From an uncultured Gemmatimonadales bacterium (GTDB taxonomy: Bacteria; Gemmatimonadota; Gemmatimonadetes; Gemmatimonadales; GWC2-71-9), in contig CAWDYU010000001.1 in assembly GCA_963806875.1 (NCBI GenBank), positions 783,508-847,507 of the forward strand: 64,000 bases of DNA. Reading direction: 5' to 3'. Every line of letters starts with the position of its first letter. Positions within the stretch are counted from its first letter, which is position 1. The position numbers were made by a program, and so were the translations under genes. Below the pieces are notes generated by a model that saw nothing but the letters and a program-made list of their open reading frames with translations, was not told the origin of the DNA and did not search any database. Of the stretch, positions 40,820 through 50,255 are shown piece after piece.

Positions 40820-41551
40820 TCTCGTTGGGTGAGGTGGTGATCATCGGCGGTGGTTGCTACGGATCGTTCTACACCGGCCAGCTCGAACGCGCCCGCGCCG
40901 ACGGCGCAGTCGAGTATCATCGCCTGGTCGTGGTCGACCGCAATGCCGCGTGCCAGGTGGCATCGCAGGAAGCCGTCGCCGGGCGCGATCTCGTCGTGTC
41001 CGACTGGGATGCGTTCCTCGATGCATGGCTCGACCGCGTCCGTGCGTCGCACCGGCGACGCTCCCGACATGATCGTTCCCTCGCCATTGATGCCCCACCT
41101 CATGGCCAACTGGATCATGCGCCGCGCGCGCGAGCAATGGCCGGAACACGGCGTGCGCACGGTGCCGGCGGCCGCGCCACTCGGGACGTCGTTCGACATG
41201 CTCCACGGCGACGGGACCCGGTATGTGTCGTTCGCCGATTGGCTCTGCCCGACGCACTGCATCGAGCCGGGGCTTTGCCCTGCCACGCGCGCGCCGCGCA
41301 CCTGGGAAATGGGTGAGGCGGTCGCACGGTGGACCCTGGAGCGTGCGGGAGAGCGACCCACCGCCGGGCCGGCACTCTTCACCTGTCGCCACGTGGTGCA
41401 CGGGGTCGGGATGTACCCTGCAGCCGGTGCCTTCGAGGGCTTCGACGCACTGGTGGCGCAGGTCGCAGCCACCGGCACGGCCGATCTCGTGGTGGGCTCA
41501 GTGTCGGCGTGTCACGGAGCCATCGGGTTGATTCGTGTGGGTGATGGATGA
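40816..41551 (+). pseudogene. Hypothetical protein with an N-terminal GxGxxG fold and a Cys-rich motif, one frame change
   Basis: The GTG overlaps the SDR stop (GTGA). VVIIGGGCYGSFY..., then after a shift near 41060 ...FADWLCPTHCIEPGLCPATRAPRTWEMG...FTCRHVVHG...SACHG. No family recognised. Confidence 0.5.
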
Positions 41552-41595
41552 TGAATGATGGATGATGGATGGTGGATGATGGATGATGGAGAATG
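41543..41595. repeat. ATG-rich 14-bp tandem repeat (GATGGATGATGRAT) x about 3.6
   Basis: Read directly: GATGGATGATGAAT GATGGATGATGGAT GGTGGATGATGGAT GATGGAGAATG. It contains the stop of the upstream gene (41549-41551) and the predicted ATG of the DUF389 gene (41583). Confidence 0.7.
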
Positions 41596-43355
41596 CCGCT
41601 GACGACTGTCGACTTGTCACCCCCAAAGGCCAACGATCCTTGACCACTGACGCCGAGCGCGACACCTCCAACAGCACCAGCCTGCAGGCTTTCCTGCGGC
41701 TGATGCGGCGTCTCGCGCGTCCCTGGCAGGCACGTGCGGCGGCGGCGGTGGGAATCGACGCAACGACGCGCATCCAGACGGTCGAGGAGATGCTCGACCT
41801 CAACGCGCGGCGTGCGCCGGCCTACTGGATCCAGCTCGTGCTCGCGTCGGGGATCGCGATCCTGGGCCTGGTGCTCAACAGCACCGCCGTGGTGATCGGT
41901 GCCATGCTTGTCTCGCCATTGATGGGGCCGATCGTCGAGCTCGGCATGGGCTTCGCCGTCGGGTCGTCGTATCTCGTGATCCGCTCGGCGCTGCGCGTCG
42001 CGATGAGCATCGTGGTCGTGGTGACCGGCACTGCGTTGTTCACGCTGGCGCTCCCCTTTCACGAAGTCACCAACGAGATCGCCACCCGGACCGTCCCGAC
42101 CGCGCTCGACCTGATGGTGGCCGTGTTCTGCGCGCTCACCGCCGCATACACCACCGTGCGAAAGACCTCCGACACCACGGCGGCGGCTGCCGGCACCGCG
42201 ATCGGTATCGCCCTCGTCCCGCCAGTCTGCGTGATCGGCTACGGGATCGGCACCGCCAACGCCTCGGTGACCGCCGGATCCACGTTGTTGTTCACGGCGA
42301 ACATGTCGGCGATCCTCGTCTTCACCGTGTTCAGCTTTCTCGCGCTGGGCTACAACGAGGTCGACGCCGAGACCCTCGAGGCCGAGGCGCTCACCAGCCG
42401 TGCCACCCGGTTCGATCGGATCGCCGAGCGAGGTCAGGCGCTGCTCAAGCGGGTGTTCGCGACTCGGTATGCCGCCTTGACGCGAGTCCTCGTGCCGGTG
42501 GTGTTTCTCGCGGCGGTGTACGTGCCGTTGTCGTCGGCGCTGCAGGAAGTGACCTGGCAGGTGCAGCGTCGAGCCGCCGTCACCCGGATCCTGCAGAACC
42601 TTGCGCCGAACGCAGTGCAGCAAGTGTTGCGGGTGGAGCAGGGGTCGGTCGAGCTCCGACTCCTGGTCGTCACCGATGACGTCGGGCCCGTCGACCTCGA
42701 GCGCCGCCTGACGACCGCGATCGCCGCGGCGACCGGTGTCGAACCCGTGGTGCAGGTGGTCGCGGTGCCCGACATCGCCGCGCTGGCGCGGGCCCGTACG
42801 GCGCAATCAGAACCCACACCGGTTGCGTCGGCACTGGTCCCCGCCGTGGAACAGGCGCGCGCGCGGCTCGCGACCACGCTGGCGCGCGCGTGGCCTGCGG
42901 GCGCCGGGCAGCTCGCGGGCTGGCAGCTCGAGGTGCCGCCCGCTGGCGCACCCCGGGTGACCGTGATCCACCTCGGTGCCCCGATCGGTCCGGTGGCCGC
43001 GGAACTGCTTGCCACGGCGCTCACGCCTGCGCTCGACATCCGGCCGAGCATCGTCGATCGGTCGCTCGATGGTTCGGTACGGACGCCGGGACGCGACACG
43101 TCCGGCTGGATCGCCGGACTCGACAGCACGCTCGTCATCGCGCCGTGGCTCAACGGCGTGACGGGATGTATCGCCGTCCGCAGCCGCGACAGCTCCAGCA
43201 CCTGGGATGACTCCCTGCGGGCGCTGGCGGCGCGATCGGGTAATCGCCTGCGAGTGGACACCGCGGGCGACTGGCGTTTCCAGTGGCGCGTCGGGAGTTG
43301 CACTGGGGCCGCCCGGGACAGCGTACGACCCGCGGGAACCGGTGGTGCACCCTGA
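41583..43355 (+). CDS. DUF389-family (TIGR00341-like) integral membrane protein with a long C-terminal extension
   Basis: YWIQLVLASGIAILGLVLNSTAVVIGAMLVSPLMGPIVELGMGFAVG is the DUF389 hallmark. The start is uncertain because of several in-frame and out-of-frame ATGs in the repeat. Confidence 0.75.
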   Translation: MMENAADDCRLVTPKGQRSLTTDAERDTSNSTSLQAFLRLMRRLARPWQARAAAAVGIDATTRIQTVEEMLDLNARRAPAYWIQLVLASGIAILGLVLNSTAVVIGAMLVSPLMGPIVELGMGFAVGSSYLVIRSALRVAMSIVVVVTGTALFTLALPFHEVTNEIATRTVPTALDLMVAVFCALTAAYTTVRKTSDTTAAAAGTAIGIALVPPVCVIGYGIGTANASVTAGSTLLFTANMSAILVFTVFSFLALGYNEVDAETLEAEALTSRATRFDRIAERGQALLKRVFATRYAALTRVLVPVVFLAAVYVPLSSALQEVTWQVQRRAAVTRILQNLAPNAVQQVLRVEQGSVELRLLVVTDDVGPVDLERRLTTAIAAATGVEPVVQVVAVPDIAALARARTAQSEPTPVASALVPAVEQARARLATTLARAWPAGAGQLAGWQLEVPPAGAPRVTVIHLGAPIGPVAAELLATALTPALDIRPSIVDRSLDGSVRTPGRDTSGWIAGLDSTLVIAPWLNGVTGCIAVRSRDSSSTWDDSLRALAARSGNRLRVDTAGDWRFQWRVGSCTGAARDSVRPAGTGGAP

Positions 43356-43427
43356 CGTTTGGCACGTGGAGACGCCGTCCGGAATATCTTGTGGTGTCCC
43401 GGATTCCTTTGCAGATGGAGTGGTGTT

Positions 43428-44472
43428 GTGAGTGAACCGATGAACCCCCCGCCGAGCCCCGAAACACTGGTGATCATCGGTTCGGGCCCTGCCGCCTGGA
43501 CCGCCGCGATCTACGCCGCTCGCGCCCAGCTCAACCCGCTGGTCTACGAGGGCGAGCCGGCTCGCGAGATGATCCCCGGCGGACAGCTCATGTTCACCAC
43601 CGATATCGAGAACTTCCCGGGATTTCCCGACGGTATCGACGGCCAGGAGATCATGGCCCGGATGCGCTACGCAGGCTGAGCGGTTCGGCACGCGGATCAT
43701 CACCGAGAACATCACGAAGGTCGACTTCTCCAACCGTCCGTTCACGCTGACGCCGTCGTATGGTGCACCGGTGATGGCCAAGACCGTGATCGTGGCAACC
43801 GGCGCACGAGCCATCTGGTTGAACGTCCCGAACGAGCAGCGGTTCGCGCAGGCGGGGCTCGGCGTGTCGGCGTGCGCGGTGTGCGACGGCGCCCTGCCGT
43901 TTTTCCGGAACAAGGTGCTGGCAGTGGTGGGCGGGGGTGATTCAGCAATGGAAGAGGCGACCTACCTCACCAAGTTCGCGAGCCAGGTGGTGATCATTCA
44001 TCGTCGCGACGAGTTCCGCGCGAGCAAGGTGATGGCGGACCGGGCGCTCTCCAACCCGAAGATCCGGGTCGAATGGAACACCGAGGTGACCGAGGTGCTG
44101 GGCGAGGACGAGATCACCGGTGTTCGCATGCGCGACACCGTGACTGGCGCCGAGCGCGACCTGTCCGTGGGCGGCCTCTTCGTCGCGATCGGGCACACGC
44201 CCAATACTGCCTTCCTCGATGGTCAGCTCACGACGTCGCCCAAGGGATACATCCTCACGCCCACCCCGTGGCGAACCGAGACCAATGTCACCGGGGTGTA
44301 CGCCGCCGGCGACGTGATCGATGACTATTACCGACAGGCCATCACGTCGGCGGGCACGGGCTGCATGGCTGCACTCGAAGCCGAGCGCTGGCTTGCCCAC
44401 CATGAGGACGGACCGGCAGAGTCGCCGGTGCTGGAGACGGCGGAATCGTCGATTGGCCGGGCAGGCAAGTGA
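43428..44472 (+). pseudogene. trxB: Thioredoxin-disulfide reductase, one frame change
   Basis: [20 protein letters not shown]..., then after a shift near 43672 ...[33 protein letters not shown] (redox-active CAVC plus the NADPH GGGDSA motif) ...YAAGDV. GTG start with GGAG 7 nt upstream. Confidence 0.8.
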
Positions 44473-45110
44473 CCGCAGTACCAGCATTGACGATGGTGTG
44501 CATCGAAAACGGAACATTTGTCGAGAACACCTGGCTCATGGTCGACAACGACACCAGCAACGCAGTGGTGGTCGACCCCGGGGAGGAGCATGACCGCATC
44601 CTTTCCGAGATTGCCAGGCGCAAGCTCACGGTTGTCGCGATCTGGCTCACTCACGCGCACATCGATCATATCTGGGGTGTCGACGCGATCCGCTCGGCGA
44701 CCGGTGCCCCCGTCTCGCTCCATCCTGCCGACCGCCGCTGGTACGACTCACTCCCCGAGCAGGGAAAGATGTTCGGCATCGACAACCTGCCGCGTCTTGC
44801 CCCGCCGGATCATGCACTCGCGGATGGTGACGTGGTCTCGCTGGGGTCGCACCGTTTCGACGTCCGTCACGCGCCCGGCCACGCACCGGGGCATGTGGTG
44901 TTCATCGGCCAGGGCATGGCGATCGCGGGTGATGTCATCTTCCAGGATTCGATTGGTCGCACCGATCTTGCGGGCGGGAACCACGAACAGCTGCTGGACA
45001 GCATCCGGCGCGTGCTGATGGTGCTGCCCGACGACACGCGGGTGCTGCCCGGCCACGGTCCGGAGACGACAGTGGGGCGGGAGCGACGCAGCAATCCGTT
45101 CCTGCGGTAG
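44469..45110 (+). CDS. MBL-fold metallo-hydrolase (glyoxalase II-like)
   Basis: The [12 protein letters not shown] motif (HxHxDH). The start overlaps the trxB stop (GTGA). Confidence 0.8.
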   Translation: MTAVPALTMVCIENGTFVENTWLMVDNDTSNAVVVDPGEEHDRILSEIARRKLTVVAIWLTHAHIDHIWGVDAIRSATGAPVSLHPADRRWYDSLPEQGKMFGIDNLPRLAPPDHALADGDVVSLGSHRFDVRHAPGHAPGHVVFIGQGMAIAGDVIFQDSIGRTDLAGGNHEQLLDSIRRVLMVLPDDTRVLPGHGPETTVGRERRSNPFLR

Positions 45111-45217
45111 CACGCAAAACCTGGGATACCCATTCCTGCTGCTGCCATTTTCCGTCCTCCCTTCTCGCTCCTCTCTAGTCGCCTATTTTCCGCCATACTC
45201 AAACGGACTGACCCTTC

Positions 45218-46639
45218 ATGACGTTTCGCACCGAAAAGGACCCCCTGGGCGACAAGCAGGTTCCTGCCAGCGCCCTCTACGGCATCCAGACGCTTCGGGC
45301 CGCCGAGAACTTCCCCATTTCGGGGCTGATGCCGCTGCCTGGGTTTGTCGATGCGGTGGTCATGATCAAGCGGTCGGCCGCTGAGACGCACCGCGAGACC
45401 GGGCGGATCGAGGCGGAGCATGCGGCGGCGATCATCGCGGCCGCTGATGAGGTGCTCGGTGGTCAGCATCGCGACCAGTTCATCGTCGATCCGTACCAGG
45501 CGGGCGCGGGCACGTCGCACAACATGAACTGCAACGAGGTGCTCGCGAACCGGTCCAACGAGATCCTGGGCTTCGACCGCGGCACCTATTCGCCGATCCA
45601 CCCGAACGATCACGTCAACATGGCGCAATCGACCAACGACGTGATCCCCACCGCGATGCGGCTCGCCACGCTGCTGGTACTGCCGAAGTTGCTCGACGCG
45701 ATGGACGGGTTCGCTGCGACATGCATGGCCAAGGGCGTCGAGTTCGACAACGTGATGAAGTCGGGTCGCACCCACCTGCAGGACGCCACGCCGATCCGGC
45801 TGGGTCAGGAGTTCTCGGCGTACGGTCGCACGGTGTCGCGCCATCGCGCCAAGCTGGAACAGGCGTCGAAGTGGCTCCTCCCGATGAATATCGGCGGCAG
45901 CGCGGTCGGCACCGGGCTCAATGTGGAGCCGGAATACCCCGCCCTGATGGTCAAGCATCTCCGCGCCATCACTGGCCTCGAGGTCGAGGTTGCCGAGGAC
46001 CGGATCCAGTTGATGCAGTCGATGGGCGACATCGCGACGTTCAGCGGCGCATTCCGGGCATTCGTTCTCGACCTCTGCAAGATCGCCGACGACATCCGGT
46101 TGCTCGCCTCGGGGCCGCGCACCGGTCTCGCCGAGATCGTGTTGCCGGCGGTGCAGCCGGGGTCGAGCATCATGCCGGGGAAGGTCAATCCGTCGATCGC
46201 CGAGATGGTCAACCAGGTCTGCTACCAGGCGATCGGGCTCGACACCACGGTGGCGATGGCGGCAAAGGCAGGCGAGCTGGAGCTCAACGTGATGATGCCG
46301 GTGATCACCCACAACATCGTCTTCGGCATCGAGATCGTCGCGAATGCCGTACGGGTCTTCGACGAGCGGTGCATCGCAGGGATCGAGGCCGACGCCGAGC
46401 AGTGTGCGTACTGGCTGGAGCGAAGCCCGGCGCTGGTGACGGCGCTGATGCCGAAGATCGGGTATGGCGAGGCAGCGAAGCTTTCGAAGGAAGCGTTGGC
46501 CACGGGCAAGACCGTCAAGCAGCTCGTCACCGACAAGAAGGTGCTCGAGGGTGCCGAACTCGATGAAGTGCTGAACTTGCGCGCGATGACCGAGATCGGC
46601 GTCCCCGGGGGCGGGAAGGGCGTCCCGCTGGGAGGCTGA
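45218..46639 (+). CDS. aspA: Aspartate ammonia-lyase (class II fumarase/aspartase family)
   Basis: MTFRTEKDPLGDKQVPASALYGIQTLRAAENFPISG and the GSSIMPGKVNP signature loop. The N-terminal pattern favours aspartase over fumarase. Confidence 0.8.
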   Translation: MTFRTEKDPLGDKQVPASALYGIQTLRAAENFPISGLMPLPGFVDAVVMIKRSAAETHRETGRIEAEHAAAIIAAADEVLGGQHRDQFIVDPYQAGAGTSHNMNCNEVLANRSNEILGFDRGTYSPIHPNDHVNMAQSTNDVIPTAMRLATLLVLPKLLDAMDGFAATCMAKGVEFDNVMKSGRTHLQDATPIRLGQEFSAYGRTVSRHRAKLEQASKWLLPMNIGGSAVGTGLNVEPEYPALMVKHLRAITGLEVEVAEDRIQLMQSMGDIATFSGAFRAFVLDLCKIADDIRLLASGPRTGLAEIVLPAVQPGSSIMPGKVNPSIAEMVNQVCYQAIGLDTTVAMAAKAGELELNVMMPVITHNIVFGIEIVANAVRVFDERCIAGIEADAEQCAYWLERSPALVTALMPKIGYGEAAKLSKEALATGKTVKQLVTDKKVLEGAELDEVLNLRAMTEIGVPGGGKGVPLGG

Positions 46640-46641
46640 TC

Positions 46642-47819
46642 GTGCCGGCTGCGCGGTGGCGGCAGCTTGCGTTGCTTGCCGTCGCGCAGCTGCTGGCGAT
46701 GTCTGTCTGGTTTGCGGGGAGCGTTGCGCTCCCCGCCTTCCGTTCCGGCATCACGCTCACCGACTCACAAGTCGGCTGGCTCACGTCGGCAGTGCAGTTG
46801 GGGTTCGTTGCCGGCACGCTGATCGCTGCGGTGCTCAACCTTCCCGATATCTTGCCGGCCCGCTGGTATGTCGCGGCGTCGGCGTTGTGTGCTGCGTTGG
46901 CGAATGCCTCGCTGCTGATGGCCGACGGATTTGCCCCCGCGGTGGCGTCGCGCATACTCACTGGCGTGGCGCTCGCCGGCGTGTATCCGCCGGCGATGAA
47001 GATGGCCTCGACCTGGTTCCGGGAGGGGCGTGGGCTCGCCATCGGTACCGTGGTCGGCGCGCTCACGGCGGGAAAGGCGTTGCCGTACCTGCTGAGTGGC
47101 GTTCATGTCTCGCTCGGCGCTGCGGTACTGGTGCCGTCGGGTGGCGCGCTGTTCGCGGCGCTGCTCGTTGCGGTGGCATATCGTGACGGGCCGCATGCGT
47201 TTCCGGCCCGGCCGTTCTCGTGGCAGCTCGCGGGGACGGTGGTGCGCGACCCCGCGCTGCGGCGCATCAGTGGCGGATACTTCGGGCATATGTGGGAGCT
47301 CTATGCCTTCTGGGCGTGGCTGCCGGCTTTTCTCGCTGCGTCCGCCGTGGCATCGGGGCAGGGCGAGGTCTCGAATGCTCTGGAGTTTCGGGTGCATCGC
47401 CATCGGTGCAGTGGGATGCGTGTGGGGTGGGTGGGCAGCCGACCGGGTGGGTCGACCGCGGGTGGTGCGTATGGCACTGGTGACGAGCGGTGCCTGCTGC
47501 CTGCTCAGTGCGGCGCTGTTCGGCGCACCGTTTGGCGTGGTGATCGCTGCTCTGCCTTGTCTGGGGTGTCGCGGTGATCGCCGATTCGGCACAGTTCTCG
47601 GCGCTGGTCACCGAGCACGCGCCGCCCCACGCCGTGGGCACGGCGCTCACGTTGCAGACGTCACTCGGGTTTCTGCTCACGATCGGGTCGATCCAGCTGT
47701 TGCCGGTGCTTGCCGGCGCGGTGGGGTGGCGCTGGACGATGATGGTGCTGGCGCTGGGTCCCGTGGCGGGGCTGTGCGCGGTGCGAGGGATGGGTGGCAG
47801 GGGGCTCACGAGTCGATGA
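46642..47819 (+). pseudogene. MFS transporter, 2 frame changes
   Basis: Twelve-helix-like hydrophobic pattern spread over three frames (46642 frame, 47096 frame, 47574 frame). Shifts are near 47385 and 47560. Confidence 0.65.
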
Positions 47820-47915
47820 CTCTGTGTGGCCCCGGACTGGCAGAACGTCCCGACTCATGCACGGCGAAGCGAAGCGTACCGAACACACCCACAATGGCAA
47901 CTGGAGTATGAACGC

Positions 47916-48233
47916 ATGCAGATTCAGGTCAACACCGACAGCAATGTCGAGGGAAGCGAAGGGCTCACTGAGCAGGTGGTAGCGGTGGTGAGAGCCGCCA
48001 TGGATCGTTTCGGTGAGCATATCACGCGCATCGAGGTGCATCTCAGCGACGAGAACAGCGACAAGAAGTCCGGTGCCGACGACAAGCGCTGCCTCCTGGA
48101 GGCTCGTCTTGCCGGGCTTCAGCCGATCTCGGTGTCGGAGGTGGCGGCGACCCTGGAGCAGGCGGTTGACGGCGCCGTCGACAAGCTGGCGCGTTCCATC
48201 GACTCCACGCTGGGGCGGTTGGAGACACGCTAG
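47916..48233 (+). CDS. HPF/RaiA-family ribosome-associated protein (short form)
   Basis: MQIQVNTDSNVEGSEGLTEQV...ITRIEVHLSDENSDKKSGADDKRCLLEARLAGLQP...LEQAVDGAVDKLARSIDSTLGRL matches the short HPF/RaiA-like family. GGAG lies 9 nt upstream. Confidence 0.75.
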   Translation: MQIQVNTDSNVEGSEGLTEQVVAVVRAAMDRFGEHITRIEVHLSDENSDKKSGADDKRCLLEARLAGLQPISVSEVAATLEQAVDGAVDKLARSIDSTLGRLETR

Positions 48234-48338
48234 ACCATCGACGACGGCCCAGGGGCCCTGGCACCCACGGAGCCCGGGCCACGTGGCTTCGCCGTGACCG
48301 CGCCGTCGCAGCATCTCAAGCAGCGAGGTGGAAAACGA

Positions 48339-48866
48339 ATGATCAAGGCCAGAAGTGGCTCCTCGTCCGAGTACCTCTTCGAGGACCTTGAGGGAAAGCC
48401 TCTCGGCTCATTGAAGATGCCGACCTACGTCGCCGTGCCGCGCGACGGATGGGCAAAGGGCGTCATTCCAGAGTCGCTACAGGACGGGCCGAGTATCCGG
48501 CTCCTGGACCGAACGTTCATCATCGACCATCAACTGCTCAGCGACCGCGCCATCAAGCCGAACGACCTGAGGTTCTTCCTGATGGAGGGTGACCGCGAGG
48601 TGGCGGTCACCGACGCCCTCGTCGAGAGAGCGCGAAGATGGGATTTCGATCTCGACGGCCGGCGATTCACATTGGCGAAGGTCGGCGGGATCTTCTCGTC
48701 ATTGCGTTACGACCTGACTCTGGATGCGCACAAGGTCGGGGAGATTGTCGAGGCGGCCCGGTTCACGCTTCGGTCCCGCTCATTCGTCATCGATTGTCCC
48801 GAGGAGATCGATCGGCCAATTCAGCTGTTCATGTTCTTTCTCGCCGCAAACGCGACATACCGGTAG
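48339..48866 (+). CDS. Hypothetical protein, possibly tubby/scramblase-like (LURP-one-related) beta-barrel fold
   Basis: Lower-GC ORF with atypical codons (aga, tca, ttg, aca). The alternating beta-hairpin-like pattern ...RRFTLAKVGGIFSSLRYDLTLDAHKVGEIVEAARFTLRSRSFVIDCPEEIDRPIQLFMFFLA gives only a weak impression of the fold. An alternative GTG start exists at 48294. Confidence 0.45.
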   Translation: MIKARSGSSSEYLFEDLEGKPLGSLKMPTYVAVPRDGWAKGVIPESLQDGPSIRLLDRTFIIDHQLLSDRAIKPNDLRFFLMEGDREVAVTDALVERARRWDFDLDGRRFTLAKVGGIFSSLRYDLTLDAHKVGEIVEAARFTLRSRSFVIDCPEEIDRPIQLFMFFLAANATYR

Positions 48867-48924
48867 CCGCCAGGGCCGGCGATCGCCTGCTCGAGGCGTC
48901 GCGGCCCATGAGCGCCGCCCGCCC

Positions 48925-50025
48925 TCACGTGAAGTGAAGGTTCCGCTGGAAGTCGTCGGGGCTCGTGGCGGCCGCCATGGCCACGTCGAGGGTGATGAGG
49001 CCTTCGCGATGGAGCGTCATCAGGTTCTGGTCGAAACTCTGGGTGCCATACATCGGCCCGCCATCTTCGATCAGCTTCACGATCTCGGCGGTCTTGTCGG
49101 GATCCGCGATGCACTCCTCGATCGCCGACGTATGCCGCATGACCTCCACAGCGAGCACCTGGCCCTTGCCATCGGCACGAGGCAGGAGTCGCTGCGACAC
49201 CATCGCGCGCAGCACCTCGGCGAGTCGCTTCCGGACCCCAAGCTGCTCGCTCGGCTCGAACACGCTGGCGAACCGGGTCACGCCGCGGATCGAGTCCGTG
49301 GTGTGCACCGTCGCCATGATGAGGTGTCCGGTCTCGGCCGCCTGAAGCGCCACGTCCACCGTGACCCGGTCGCGCATCTCCCCGATCAGCACCACGTCGG
49401 GATCCTGCCGGAGGGCCGCACGCAGCGCCGGCTCGAAGCCGTGGGTGTCGCTGCCGACTTCGCGCTGGATCACGATCGAGTTGACGTCGCGGTGCAGGAA
49501 CTCGATCGGATCCTCGATCGTGACGATCTTCTTGCGCTTGTGACGGTTGATGTGATCGACCATCGCCGCCATGGTCGACGACTTTCCGCTGCCGGTGGTG
49601 CCGGTGACCAGAATCAGGCCGCGATCTTCCATGGCGATATCGGTGAGCACCGGCGGAAGGCCGAGCTGATCGAAGGTGGGTATGATCTCGGCAATGCCAC
49701 GGAGTACCGCCGAGAACGAGCCGCGCTGGAGGCAGATGTTGGCGCGAAAGCGGCCGAGGCCGGCAACGGAATATGAGCAGTCCATCTCCGTGAGCTCGGT
49801 CAACCTGTCGACGACGTTCTCCCGCGTCGCCTTCCTGGCGCTGACCAGTATCTCCGCGGCGATCTCGGCGAGATCGGCTGCAGTCAGGGTCGGCGAGCCC
49901 TCGATCGGTACGACCTCGCCGTCGATCCGGAGCCGGAGCGGCCCACCTGCACTGACGTGCAGGTCCGAGGCCCTGCGATCGTGAGCCGCCTTCAGGCCTG
50001 TCCTGAATACGTCGAGAATCGGCAT
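48925..50025 (-). CDS. pilT: Type IV pilus retraction ATPase PilT/PilU family
   Basis: 366 aa. Walker A GTTGSGKSST, Asp box/Walker B (IVLIGEMRD) and His box (GHLIMATVHT). The N-terminus is typical of PilT. Confidence 0.85.
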   Translation of the reverse strand: MPILDVFRTGLKAAHDRRASDLHVSAGGPLRLRIDGEVVPIEGSPTLTAADLAEIAAEILVSARKATRENVVDRLTELTEMDCSYSVAGLGRFRANICLQRGSFSAVLRGIAEIIPTFDQLGLPPVLTDIAMEDRGLILVTGTTGSGKSSTMAAMVDHINRHKRKKIVTIEDPIEFLHRDVNSIVIQREVGSDTHGFEPALRAALRQDPDVVLIGEMRDRVTVDVALQAAETGHLIMATVHTTDSIRGVTRFASVFEPSEQLGVRKRLAEVLRAMVSQRLLPRADGKGQVLAVEVMRHTSAIEECIADPDKTAEIVKLIEDGGPMYGTQSFDQNLMTLHREGLITLDVAMAAATSPDDFQRNLHFT

Positions 50026-50135
50026 TGCACGCTCCCGATGAGTGGAACTGCCGGCACCGCCGCGTGCGGCACGCGGAGCGCGGCGGACGTGATCCTGCTA
50101 TCCCGGTTGGATCGGAAAGTTATGGGGGTCGGGAC

Positions 50136-50163
50136 ACAATACCACGCCGTGTCATCCGATCAA
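50136..50163 (-). promoter_or_regulatory. Candidate sigma70-type promoter upstream of pilT
   Basis: On the minus strand: TTGATC, a 16-nt spacer, then TATTGT, about 110 nt upstream of the pilT ATG in a 230-nt intergenic gap. Pattern match only. Confidence 0.2.
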
Positions 50164-50255
50164 AGGGACGTGGCGGAGGAGGTGCAGCGTTGTCACCGAC
50201 GTGCCGTTGCCGGCATCGACGACACATCCCAAAGCGGCCAGGGATGGCCGCGGCG

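Noticed and set aside
45111-45217. A pyrimidine-rich, lower-GC 107-nt leader upstream of aspA (…CCATTTTCCGTCCTCCCTTCTCGCTCCTCTCTAGTCGCCTATTTTCC…) as a possible riboswitch or sRNA.
   Set aside because: I found no conserved helices or known riboswitch core by eye. It may simply be a promoter or 5'-UTR region, and I have no comparative data to support a structured RNA.
48234-48924. The lower-GC patch could be a genomic islet or mobile element.
   Set aside because: There is no integrase, transposase or flanking direct or inverted repeat, and it is not next to a tRNA. It is reported only as a compositionally atypical orphan gene.
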